64,000 nt of DNA from Eubacteriales bacterium (lineage in GTDB: Bacteria; Bacillota; Clostridia; Oscillospirales; CAG-272). Shown here piece after piece: positions 50,452-59,205 of this stretch. Position numbers and translations under genes: made by a program. Location of the stretch: positions 22,425 to 86,424 of the forward strand of contig JBGVRT010000133.1 of NCBI GenBank assembly GCA_045128735.1, given 5' to 3'. The notes beneath the pieces were generated by a model, which made no database searches, was not told where the DNA came from, and saw only the letters and a list, made by a program, of their open reading frames with translations. Numbering within the stretch: position 1 is the first letter of the stretch; every line of letters begins with the position of its first letter.

Positions 50452-51133
50452 AATACTCCTTACCGTTATCGAGGCACAGACATCCGAGAATTCCGTTCTC
50501 AGCCGAGCCGCAATCGAGATATATCACGCCGTTTCCGTAGTAAATCATATCCTTATCGGCATCGGGGAGCTCGCTTGTGTGGATGTGTCCCGCGATTATC
50601 ATTTTATCTTCGTAATATTCTGCCTCGGGGTCGAGTCCTTCGTAGATGAAGTCCTCGGGCGTAAGGCTTTCGAGGTCTGTATCCTCGGTGAAATTCTTTA
50701 TTCCCGCGTGGACGATGACGTAGTCGCGTCCGTTTACTGTTATTTCCTCAAAGAGCGCCATATCGGCAAGATAGTCGAGCACTCCCTCTTTCATATCCTC
50801 GTCAAGCTTTCTGAAGCCGTCAAGGGTAGGCGCGCCGCCGTCGTGAACCCAATCGTTCATTGCCTTGGCGTACTCGGGGTCGGGGGCTTCTCCGCTTTTG
50901 AGCATTTTTTCGAATTTCGACAGCATCTTAAGTGCCTCAAGGTCGTGGTCTCCAACGACGGAATAGACGTTCTCACGCATACTTACGTCGCAGACAAGCT
51001 CCATTCCCTCCTCGCCGTAATCCACAAGGTCGCCTGCAATATAAAGCAGGTCCTTATCGGAAAAGTTTATCTGTTCAAGCATTTTCTTAAATGCGTAGTA
51101 GTTTCCGTGAATATCGGACATTACGTAGGTCAT
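50441..51133 (-). CDS. Metallophosphoesterase (Ser/Thr phosphatase / ApaH-like)
   Basis: MTYVMSDIHGNYYAFKKML ... YIAGDLVDYG ... GHIH motifs of the calcineurin-like phosphoesterase family. Confidence 0.75.
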   Translation of the reverse strand: MTYVMSDIHGNYYAFKKMLEQINFSDKDLLYIAGDLVDYGEEGMELVCDVSMRENVYSVVGDHDLEALKMLSKFEKMLKSGEAPDPEYAKAMNDWVHDGGAPTLDGFRKLDEDMKEGVLDYLADMALFEEITVNGRDYVIVHAGIKNFTEDTDLESLTPEDFIYEGLDPEAEYYEDKMIIAGHIHTSELPDADKDMIYYGNGVIYLDCGSAENGILGCLCLDNGKEYYVK

Positions 51134-51193
51134 AGTGGTATCTCCTTGGTATTGTTTTTATAATTATTGCCCCTTGCGGGGTGTTTTTTTCGT

Positions 51194-51718
51194 TTACTCC
51201 TCGTTTTTTGTAAGCTCTGCGCGGTCACGGAGTCTCTTTTTTACGCCCTCAAGCGTGCCAATGATAATAAGACCCGCAAAAACAAGCGCCATCACAACGC
51301 CGATAAGTATAAGCGTGAGCATAGGAATATTTCTCATATGCTCCATAGAGGTATAATTATCACCGAAAGCGATAAATCCGCCAATGTGCTTTGTCCCCCC
51401 CGCAACCCAAGGCGAGAAAAGCGTTACAAGCGAAAGCAGGAAATGGGCAATCACGCCCAAAAGTGCACCAAGCGCGTTTTCACTTTTATCAAAGCTCGCG
51501 GTGTGGTAACCGTACTTAAAGGATATATAAAAAATGAAAAATGCCGAAAACAGTGTAAGCGTAACTGCTCTGACACCCGACGCCGAGATAAATTCAAGGG
51601 CAACGAAAAGGTCAACGAGCTTTACGGCAATATTAGAGAACAGCCGCGCAAAAAAGCAGGACAGAGTTACAAACAGCGCGCTGATTACAGCGTTTACAAG
51701 CATATCTTTATTTTTCAC
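51194..51718 (-). CDS. Hypothetical membrane protein
   Basis: 174 aa with 4-5 hydrophobic segments. I recognise no motif. A plausible SD and coding-like composition support it. Confidence 0.45.
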   Translation of the reverse strand: MKNKDMLVNAVISALFVTLSCFFARLFSNIAVKLVDLFVALEFISASGVRAVTLTLFSAFFIFYISFKYGYHTASFDKSENALGALLGVIAHFLLSLVTLFSPWVAGGTKHIGGFIAFGDNYTSMEHMRNIPMLTLILIGVVMALVFAGLIIIGTLEGVKKRLRDRAELTKNEE

Positions 51719-51835
51719 TTAATTTTCCTCCGCAGATACAATATTACATAATACTATATAACATAAAATCACGAAAAAGTCAACAAATATGAACATAAAT
51801 TTTCAGAATTTTCACTTTTTGAGAGCTAAAATCGG

Positions 51836-51864
51836 TTGACTTTAGAGTTCAAATGTGGTATCAT
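51836..51864 (+). promoter_or_regulatory. Sigma-A promoter of rimO-pgsA
   Basis: TTGACT (51836-51841), 17 nt, TGgTATCAT (51856-51864). Confidence 0.55.
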
Positions 51865-51898
51865 TATAATGCATAAAAATATCGAAAGGATAACTTTG

Positions 51899-53251
51899 AT
51901 GAAAATTGGATTTGTTTCGCTGGGGTGTCCCAAAAATCAGCTCGACACGGAGGTAATGCTTCACGAGCTTATGGCGGCAGGCTACGAGGTCACGCCCGAG
52001 GAGACCGAAGCGGATGTGGTTATTATAAACACCTGCGCGTTTATTGAAAGCGCAAAGCAGGAGGCTATTGACAATATTCTTGACATTGCGTGGCTTAAAA
52101 AGCATCACACCTTGAAGGCTATAGTGGTTACGGGCTGTCTTGCCGAGCGTTACCGCGACCAGATTTTTGAGGAGATGCCCGAGGTTGACGCAATTCTCGG
52201 TGTGGGAAGCATTCACAACATCGTTGAGGCGGTTGAGGCTGTCACCACCAAGAAGAAAAAGGGATCGAAGAAAAAGTATTCCTCCTATCTCAAAAACGAC
52301 GAGGTGCGTCTCGGCGGCGACAGAGTGCTGACAACGCCCGACTACTCGGCTTACATAAAGATTGCGGAGGGATGCGACAACAAGTGCGCCTACTGCGCTA
52401 TTCCCGGTATCCGCGGACGCTTCCGCAGCCGAGAGATGGACGACATTATTGCCGAGGCAAAGCAGCTTGAAGCGCTTGGAGTCAAGGAGCTTAACGTGGT
52501 TGCTCAAGATATTACCCGTTACGGACTTGACCTGTACGGCGAGTACAGATTAGCAAAGCTTTTGCACAGAATTACGGAAGAAACCTCTATTCCGTGGATA
52601 AGACTTCTCTACTGCTACCCCGACAAGATAACCGATGAGCTTATCGCCGAGATACGCGACAATCCCCGTATTCTCAAATATATCGACCTGCCCATTCAGC
52701 ATATTTCGGACAATATGCTCAAGGCAATGAACCGCCACGGCGACAGCGCAACTGTTAAAGAGGTCATTGCGAAGCTTCGTCGAGAAATTCCCGATATTAT
52801 GATAAGGACGACATTTATCGTTGGCTTTCCCGGTGAGACCGAGGATGATTTCACAGAGCTTTGCGAGTTTGTTAAGGAAACTAAGTTTGAGCGTGTAGGT
52901 GTATTCACCTACTCACGCGAGGAGGACACCCCCGCATACGATTTCCCCAACCAGATAGACGAGCAGGTCAAGATAGACCGTCAGGACATTCTTATGCGCG
53001 AGCAGCTTGAAATAAACGAGGCTAACAACCGAAAGATGGTCGGCAAGGTCATCACCGTGCTTTGCGAGGACTTTGACCCTGTAAGTGAGGTGCACTTCGG
53101 CAGAAGCGCAAACGACGCCCCCGAAATAGACGGAAAGGTTTATTTCAAGAGTGATATGCGCATTGCTCCCGGCTCGTTCCTTGAGGTAAAGGTACGCGAG
53201 GTTGTGGATTACGACCTCTACGGCGTTGCGATTACCCCCAAGACAAAATAA
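51899..53251 (+). CDS. rimO: Ribosomal protein S12 methylthiotransferase
   Basis: MKIGFVSLGCPKNQLDTEVM (UPF0004 domain), a radical SAM CAYCAIP motif and a C-terminal TRAM domain. The start at ATG 51899 is 8 nt after AAAGGA. Confidence 0.9.
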   Translation: MKIGFVSLGCPKNQLDTEVMLHELMAAGYEVTPEETEADVVIINTCAFIESAKQEAIDNILDIAWLKKHHTLKAIVVTGCLAERYRDQIFEEMPEVDAILGVGSIHNIVEAVEAVTTKKKKGSKKKYSSYLKNDEVRLGGDRVLTTPDYSAYIKIAEGCDNKCAYCAIPGIRGRFRSREMDDIIAEAKQLEALGVKELNVVAQDITRYGLDLYGEYRLAKLLHRITEETSIPWIRLLYCYPDKITDELIAEIRDNPRILKYIDLPIQHISDNMLKAMNRHGDSATVKEVIAKLRREIPDIMIRTTFIVGFPGETEDDFTELCEFVKETKFERVGVFTYSREEDTPAYDFPNQIDEQVKIDRQDILMREQLEINEANNRKMVGKVITVLCEDFDPVSEVHFGRSANDAPEIDGKVYFKSDMRIAPGSFLEVKVREVVDYDLYGVAITPKTK

Positions 53252-53266
53252 GAAAGGACAGATGTT

Positions 53267-53848
53267 ATGAATTTACCGAATAAGCTTTCAGTTCTCCGTA
53301 TGATATTGGTTCCTGTTTTCGTTGTGGTTATGATGCTTGTTGCCGACCCTTGGGGCAGTATCGTGGGCGTTGCGCTTTTCATTATTGCGTCGCTTACCGA
53401 TATGCTTGACGGAAAAATTGCGCGCAAGTACAACCTTATCACCGATTTCGGAAAATTTATTGACCCTCTTGCCGACAAATTTATGGTAATCGGCGCGTTG
53501 CTTGTAATTCTTTACAAGTACGCAACTATTCGCCCCGTATTTATTTGGGCGGTGATAATAGTAATCTTCCGCGAGCTTGCGGTTACCTCTATCAGACTCG
53601 TGGCTTCAAGCTCAAGCGGAGTGGTTATCGCGGCAAATTGGCTTGGAAAGATAAAGACCTGCACGCAGATTGCCTGCGTGTGCGCTACGATTATCGAGCC
53701 GCTTATTTATCAGGCGGCGGGGCTTGAGAAGATGCTTGTTTATCTTCCCCTCACCTATCTTACCACCGCGCTTATGATAATCTTCACGCTTTGGTCGGGG
53801 ATCAACTACATAGTTTCCTATTGGAAATATCTTGACCCGCAGAAATAA
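53267..53848 (+). CDS. pgsA: CDP-diacylglycerol--glycerol-3-phosphate 3-phosphatidyltransferase
   Basis: The CDP-alcohol phosphatidyltransferase motif DMLDGKIARKYNLITDFGKFIDPLADK is present. 193 aa, polytopic. Confidence 0.9.
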   Translation: MNLPNKLSVLRMILVPVFVVVMMLVADPWGSIVGVALFIIASLTDMLDGKIARKYNLITDFGKFIDPLADKFMVIGALLVILYKYATIRPVFIWAVIIVIFRELAVTSIRLVASSSSGVVIAANWLGKIKTCTQIACVCATIIEPLIYQAAGLEKMLVYLPLTYLTTALMIIFTLWSGINYIVSYWKYLDPQK

Positions 53849-53862
53849 TTTGATAAAAAATT

Positions 53863-53890
53863 GGCTGTCTCGTTAGGAGGCAGCCTTTTC
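53863..53890 (+). terminator. Intrinsic terminator after pgsA
   Basis: GGCTGTCTC-gttag-GAGGCAGCC followed by TTTT. Confidence 0.65.
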
Positions 53891-53950
53891 TTGTTGTATA
53901 ACGAAAACCACGCGATAGTCGCGTGGTTTTCGTTATACAACAAGAAAAGG
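53884..53950. repeat. 67-nt perfect palindrome (32-nt arms, 3-nt loop)
   Basis: CCTTTTCTTGTTGTATAACGAAAACCACGCGA-tag-TCGCGTGGTTTTCGTTATACAACAAGAAAAGG. I checked it base by base and found no mismatch. It sits between two convergent terminators and shares their U-tracts. Confidence 0.9.
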
Positions 53951-53981
53951 AGCTGTATTCTTTGCAAATCAGCTCCTTTTT
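53944..53981. terminator. Hairpin terminator downstream of the AraC gene at 53983
   Basis: GGAGCTG-(14-nt loop)-CAGCTCC, flanked by TTTTC on the minus strand and TTTTT on the plus strand. Confidence 0.55.
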
Positions 53982-53982
53982 A

Positions 53983-54807
53983 TCAAAAAATCCCGTCAGT
54001 CTTGAAATATTCCTCAAGCATTCTGCGGCGGTAGGCGCTTGGCGTTTCTCCTGTTTTTTGCCTGAACACCGAGTTGAAATAGGACTGAGACGAAAATCCG
54101 CATTTTTCGGATATTTCCGCCATTGAATCTCCACAGGTGAGAATAAGCCTTTTGGCTTCCTCAATGCGGATGTGGGTCAAATATTCATACGGTGTTTTTC
54201 CCACGGCAGTGCGGAATATTCCGTGAAAATACACGGGAGAAAGGTGGGCGTGGGCGGATATATCCTCAAGCGTACAGCGTTTGCGGAAATTCTTTTCGAT
54301 ATATTCCACTCCTCGCTCCACAGCCTCGCTTCCGCGGTCGTTTATCTCGCTCATCCGCTCTGCCTTTTCGCTTTCCGCACTCACCCACGAAAGGAACTCC
54401 AAAAGACGCGAGTGACAAAGCAATCTGTCCTCGCCATCCTGCGCCTTGATAAGCGCGAGCAAAAGCGATATTCCCTTTTCAATATCGGCACTTACGAAAT
54501 ACTCGCAAAGAGAGTCAAGCACACCTGCCAGCTCACCGCTTGCGTGCATTTTCAAATAGTAGGTTTTAAGCGGAAGCTCACTGTACCGAACCGCCCCCGG
54601 TCTTACGCAAAGCACTGCACCGCGCTTTACACGGTATGGTGTGCCGTTAAGGTGTGTCACTCCGCCGCTCTCGTAGTAAAGCTCTATTTCGTAGCAGCTC
54701 ACGTTTCTCCGAGAGGTCACCGACACCCCCGGAAATGTATATGAGCTATCAAAAATACCGCAACCGTAATCGTTGGATGAAAGTTGGATTTTCATTTCAT
54801 TCTCCAA
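53983..54807 (-). CDS. AraC family transcriptional regulator
   Basis: 274 aa. The AraC HTH is at the C-terminus (LSPVYFHGIFRTAVGKTPYEYLTHIRIEEAKRLI ... GFSSQSYFNSVFRQKTGETPSAYRR). Confidence 0.8.
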   Translation of the reverse strand: MENEMKIQLSSNDYGCGIFDSSYTFPGVSVTSRRNVSCYEIELYYESGGVTHLNGTPYRVKRGAVLCVRPGAVRYSELPLKTYYLKMHASGELAGVLDSLCEYFVSADIEKGISLLLALIKAQDGEDRLLCHSRLLEFLSWVSAESEKAERMSEINDRGSEAVERGVEYIEKNFRKRCTLEDISAHAHLSPVYFHGIFRTAVGKTPYEYLTHIRIEEAKRLILTCGDSMAEISEKCGFSSQSYFNSVFRQKTGETPSAYRRRMLEEYFKTDGIF

Positions 54808-54810
54808 AAA

Positions 54811-55824
54811 TCAGAAAATATACTTCTCTATCTCTGCAATGAGATTTTTAGCAATTTCACGAACGCCAACGGGCGAAGGATGAACAAAGTCACCCGCAAG
54901 TCCCCATGCGCCGTTCATAAGCGTAAGTCCGTTTATGTAATGAACGTAAGGCGAGTTATACTTATCCACAAGCTCACCGATTATTCTGCGCCATCTTTTA
55001 GGTGATTCGCTCCCCCTTATATCGGCATCGCTGAAAATAGGAGAAATGCAGAAAATATGCTTTCTCGGATTTGCGCCCGCAACCTTGTCTATCATATATC
55101 CAACGCTTTCGTAAATATCCTCCTCTGCTCTTGAGAGGCAGTTTATCCCCATACAGAGGGTTGCGAAATCCCACTTGCCGTTTGCGCCCTCCTCGGCGAT
55201 ATAGTCGGCAACCTCGTGCTCAAGCAGCGCCGAGCCTGCCATTCCGAGATTGCGCACGTCGGCTCTGAAGCGGTCTCCCACAAGGTTTGTGAACATATAG
55301 GGGGTGCAAAGCGCATTGCTTCCGTGAGTTATAGACGAGCCGTAAGCAAGATACGTGCGAGTGGGAAGGTCCTCTTTTCTCGGGGGCTCGATCTCGCCCT
55401 CGACGTCAACTATCTGCAAAGGACCGCCGTTAACTATAAGACGGATAACCTCGGGAGAAAACGGGAAGTTGCCCGACCTTGTTATCTCGTTGAAATACTC
55501 GGGATTATCTGCCTTTTCAAATGTCAGCACGTTTCCCTCTCCGCCTCTTATATAGCGCGAAAGGTCCTGCCATTTACTGAGCACCGAGCCGCGGTAGAAG
55601 TATGCGCTTGCGCCGCCGTCGCCCTCTACGCTGAGGTGAAGCTTTACCGTGTCGCTTATCATTCTGAAGCGTATCTCAACACCCGTAGCGTTGCGGTTCA
55701 TTCTTATTCCCTGCGCCCCGAAAGCCTTTTCCACCGACAGAGGAAAGCGGTGTATTCTCATGCCGCCCATTGAACCCTCCGAAAGCTCAGCTACGTTAAA
55801 AATTTCAAGATTCTTGTAAATCAT
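54811..55824 (-). CDS. SGNH/GDSL hydrolase (carbohydrate-esterase-like) with an N-terminal beta-sandwich region
   Basis: 337 aa. Block I is LAYGSSITHG, block II is NLGMAGSA, and block V is GDFVHPS. Confidence 0.7.
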   Translation of the reverse strand: MIYKNLEIFNVAELSEGSMGGMRIHRFPLSVEKAFGAQGIRMNRNATGVEIRFRMISDTVKLHLSVEGDGGASAYFYRGSVLSKWQDLSRYIRGGEGNVLTFEKADNPEYFNEITRSGNFPFSPEVIRLIVNGGPLQIVDVEGEIEPPRKEDLPTRTYLAYGSSITHGSNALCTPYMFTNLVGDRFRADVRNLGMAGSALLEHEVADYIAEEGANGKWDFATLCMGINCLSRAEEDIYESVGYMIDKVAGANPRKHIFCISPIFSDADIRGSESPKRWRRIIGELVDKYNSPYVHYINGLTLMNGAWGLAGDFVHPSPVGVREIAKNLIAEIEKYIF

Positions 55825-55891
55825 AAGTCTTTTCGCCTTTCTGTTTTTTGAGAGTCAAGGTACTCAGGCTGTATTTTTTATTAACAAAAAA

Positions 55892-55932
55892 ACCGCCCCT
55901 TTTGTGATATTTTATCACGAAAATGAGGCGGT
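55892..55932 (-). terminator. Terminator-like hairpin overlapping the 5' end of the AraC ORF at 55904
   Basis: ACCGCC..TTTTGTGAT-attt-ATCAcGAAAA..GGCGGT. On the minus strand it is followed by TTTTTTTG. Confidence 0.4.
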
Positions 55933-56686
55933 GTCAAGTTGGGTTTCGAAAAAAGCTGACGGGCATCTAATTATCAACGGTGATAAATATAAAATTTCAA
56001 ACAACTCAGCAGTGTTTATTCCGCCTGTATCAAAGTACAAATTCGACTTTAACAACCGCGATGAATATGAAACAATCGTTTTCAATTTTGATCTTTTTCA
56101 AACCCACGCGCATCTCAAAGACAGCTTTAATACCGCAACAGAAAAAAGCTTTGTTCCCGAGAACTCGCCGCAATATGACATCCCCGATGAATTTTCGAGT
56201 CCTATAATAAGCGATAGCACCGTAGGCGGTGAGCTTTTATGGCAATGTGTTGACGAGTTCGTAACAAGAAAAAGGCTGTACAGAGAAAACACCTCTGCGT
56301 TACTGAAATCTTTTTTGATAGAGCTTTTAAGAGAAAATGCCGCCCACGGAAGCTCAAAGCTCGTAAGCGGCATAGTTGATTTTATAAAAGAAAATTATAG
56401 TGATCCCTCTCTGACCAACATCGAAATTTCAAGCAAATTCGGCTATCATCCCTATTACCTCAGCAAACTCGTAAAGGATACTACGGGCATGTCCTTAAAA
56501 CGCTACCTGATCTATTACCGCATCCAAATATCAAAAGATCTGCTTATAAATACCGACGCAAGTATTGAAGAAATTTCATGGCGTTCGGGCTTCGGAACTT
56601 CGGCATATTTTATCAAGTGCTTTAGAGATAACGTGGGAATTACGCCGCTTGCATACAGAAAAAGCAAACAGGGGGCATCAATCTGA
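55904..56686 (+). CDS. AraC family regulator, apparently N-terminally truncated (possible pseudogene or short form)
   Basis: The AraC HTH is at the C-terminus (YYLSKLVKDTTGMSLKRYLIYYRIQISKDLL ... GFGTSAYFIKCFRDNVGITPLAYRK). Only the second half of the cupin sensor domain is present. The only in-frame start is a GTG without an SD, inside a hairpin. Confidence 0.55.
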   Translation: MIFYHENEAVSSWVSKKADGHLIINGDKYKISNNSAVFIPPVSKYKFDFNNRDEYETIVFNFDLFQTHAHLKDSFNTATEKSFVPENSPQYDIPDEFSSPIISDSTVGGELLWQCVDEFVTRKRLYRENTSALLKSFLIELLRENAAHGSSKLVSGIVDFIKENYSDPSLTNIEISSKFGYHPYYLSKLVKDTTGMSLKRYLIYYRIQISKDLLINTDASIEEISWRSGFGTSAYFIKCFRDNVGITPLAYRKSKQGASI

Positions 56687-56754
56687 ATCGGATTCTATTT
56701 ATGCCCGAGCACCGACTGCTTTACGGGCGAGCTTCTTGCGCCGAGATTGGGGAA

Positions 56755-57549
56755 TCAGTGTTCAAGCGCCGCCAAGGATATCTCTATATCCTCCTCGACT
56801 TCAAGGGCACTTCCCGCACCTACGGTAACCATGTCACAGTCTCTGATTGCGTTCCAACTGAATGTCAGCCCCACGTAAGGCGTACATCTGCCCGCAGCCA
56901 TAGGCTTTATGGTCATTACGGGCTTTTTGGCGTTGTGGATAATTCTCGCCACAGACTCTATCTCAACCTGCATAAGGAAGCCCATGCAATTGAATATCTG
57001 TATGTAGGTCTCAACGTCATAGCCGTTATTGTCGCTGTAAGTGACAAGCTCGGGCATGTGTGCTGAAAGCCCGGGAATCATTCCCTCCTCGCGTATCATA
57101 TAAAGATAATCGGGAAGTCTTGGGATTTCCTTTTTGTTTTTATTTACAAGCTGTTCCGCGGACGCATGGAAAACAAGCGAAAAGGTCGCGCCGGATTCGG
57201 CGCTCTTTTTTATTGCCTTTCTCGCTTCGGCACGCCCTTCGGGAGTATCGTCCACGTTAAGCGCAGGCGTGTCTATAATTATTATCTTTTTCCCCAGCTT
57301 ATCCTCTGCATACTTGACCGCAGCCAAACCCAACTCATGGCGGCTGAGGGGTCCCATAATTGCGTCTACACCTCTGTCAAGGTACGCCTTGAACACAGGC
57401 AAAAAGTCTTCGGGCTTCTGATATTTTTCGCGGATGCCCGCGTCAGCCGCGGCACCCGTGTGGCTCCAACCAAGAAGCCAATTTATGCCCATTATCATTC
57501 TCGGCATCGAAACGCCGCCTACAGTCGTTCTTGGAAAAAGGCCTGTCAT
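56755..57549 (-). CDS. Hypothetical protein (no family recognised)
   Basis: 264 aa from ATG 57549, 6 nt after AGGTG. Composition is coding-like and there is no TM segment. I cannot assign a family from the sequence. Confidence 0.5.
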   Translation of the reverse strand: MTGLFPRTTVGGVSMPRMIMGINWLLGWSHTGAAADAGIREKYQKPEDFLPVFKAYLDRGVDAIMGPLSRHELGLAAVKYAEDKLGKKIIIIDTPALNVDDTPEGRAEARKAIKKSAESGATFSLVFHASAEQLVNKNKKEIPRLPDYLYMIREEGMIPGLSAHMPELVTYSDNNGYDVETYIQIFNCMGFLMQVEIESVARIIHNAKKPVMTIKPMAAGRCTPYVGLTFSWNAIRDCDMVTVGAGSALEVEEDIEISLAALEH

Positions 57550-57630
57550 AACATACACCTGTCCTTTCATAATTTACGTTTTAAGTGTACCATACAAAAA
57601 GCGATAATTACATAAATAAAATCGGCTTTT

Positions 57631-59205
57631 TTATGGACGATACCGACTTTTAATGCACTCGGCAAGCAAGACAGCCACAAAAGCTCCGCAAAGGTAAACA
57701 AACAGATTGCCTATACGCGTATATAACGTCAGCCCGTTGTTCAGCTCAACATCCTCGACTATCAAGCCCTTTTTCAGCGCGCCGATGCGCGCGGTCACCT
57801 CTCCCGTGGGGGTAATTATCGAGGTGATTCCCGTGTTTGCGGCTCTCACCACGCTTCTCCGTGTTTCAATAGCCCGCAGACGCGCTTGATTATTGTGCAT
57901 TTCAAGTGCCGCCGAGTCGTGGAACCAGGAGTCGTTGGTTGACAGCATTATAAGCTCCGCACCGTCGCGAACGCTGTCAAGCGCAAGTGTTTCGTATATC
58001 GAATCAAAGCAGATAAGGCAACCGAGGCGCGCGTGCTCGGTGGTCATAACCTCGCTGTCGTCCCCTGCGGTGAACGCCGAGGAAAAGGCGTTTATTTCGG
58101 CAAGCGGCGGAATAACAACCTTTATAAGACCTTCAAGGGGCACAAACTCGCCAAAAGGCACCAGACGGCGTTTTGAGTAGATTTTTTCGTTTATACTGCC
58201 GTCGGGCTCAAAAAGAAACACCGAATTTTTGTCCTCTCCGTTATCCTCGGAAAACGCACCCACAAGTGCGTAAATCTCACTTCCCGCCACCATACGCGAC
58301 AGGAAATCGGTTATTACGTCGCCCTCTTTTATAACGTAAGGCACGACGCTTTCAGGCAGGAGAACGATATCCGCGCCCTTCTCTGCCGCCTCCGAAATGT
58401 ATTCGGCATAGACCACGAAGGTCTCCACAAAAAGCTCGTTGTTCCACTTTTCGGTAGACGAAACGTTGCCCTGCGCGGCGGCGACCGTTATTTTTTCGCC
58501 CTCTTTATAGGTTGCGAGCAAAACAGAGCCAAGTGCTATGTTAAGTGCAAATGCGCAGATTGCCACAGAGGCGACAATCTTTCGTTTATATAGAATTGCG
58601 TACGCCAACAGGAAATTGACGAGGACTATCAAAAAGGTTATAAAGTAAGACCCGAAAAGCGACGCGCTTTGCACCGCCGCGAGCATATCGGTTTGTCCAA
58701 GCGCAAGCCTTGACCAAGGCACGCCCGCCCAAGTAAGGGTAAGCCCCCATTCAAAAAGCACCCAAAGCGATGCCGCAAGGATTGAACCGAGCCACTTTTT
58801 TCTTTTCACAGCGCTATGCCGCGAAACAAGCACGAAAATCGGCAATGAAAGTGCCGAAAACGCCGCCTGCATAAGCGAAAGCCCGAGCCACGCCACGGCT
58901 ACCACCGCCACGCTCTCAGCTCCCGAAAGCCCGAGGAAGTCCATAGGGTACATATAGACAAACCAATGGAAAAGTACAAGATAATATGCAAGGAAAAAGC
59001 CAAGCCCCAAAAGGTAGGAGCGTTTTGCCGAAATGCCCCTCTCGCTCGCTCTGTAAAGGCAGACGGCGGCGGGAACAAGCGCCACCCACTCAAGCAGGGC
59101 AAGCTCGGTAAACATTACACAAAAAGAGGTAAGAACCGCGCTTAACGCCACGGCAACGGGGGTAATTATCTTTTCCTTTTCTTTGAAAAACTCAAGCATT
59201 TTCAA
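57631..59205 (-). CDS. lnt: Apolipoprotein N-acyltransferase
   Basis: 524 aa. A multi-TM N-terminal domain is followed by a CN-hydrolase domain with Glu (VLLPESV), Lys (SKRRLVPFGEFVP) and Cys (GCLICFDSIY) triad contexts. Confidence 0.8.
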   Translation of the reverse strand: MKMLEFFKEKEKIITPVAVALSAVLTSFCVMFTELALLEWVALVPAAVCLYRASERGISAKRSYLLGLGFFLAYYLVLFHWFVYMYPMDFLGLSGAESVAVVAVAWLGLSLMQAAFSALSLPIFVLVSRHSAVKRKKWLGSILAASLWVLFEWGLTLTWAGVPWSRLALGQTDMLAAVQSASLFGSYFITFLIVLVNFLLAYAILYKRKIVASVAICAFALNIALGSVLLATYKEGEKITVAAAQGNVSSTEKWNNELFVETFVVYAEYISEAAEKGADIVLLPESVVPYVIKEGDVITDFLSRMVAGSEIYALVGAFSEDNGEDKNSVFLFEPDGSINEKIYSKRRLVPFGEFVPLEGLIKVVIPPLAEINAFSSAFTAGDDSEVMTTEHARLGCLICFDSIYETLALDSVRDGAELIMLSTNDSWFHDSAALEMHNNQARLRAIETRRSVVRAANTGITSIITPTGEVTARIGALKKGLIVEDVELNNGLTLYTRIGNLFVYLCGAFVAVLLAECIKSRYRP

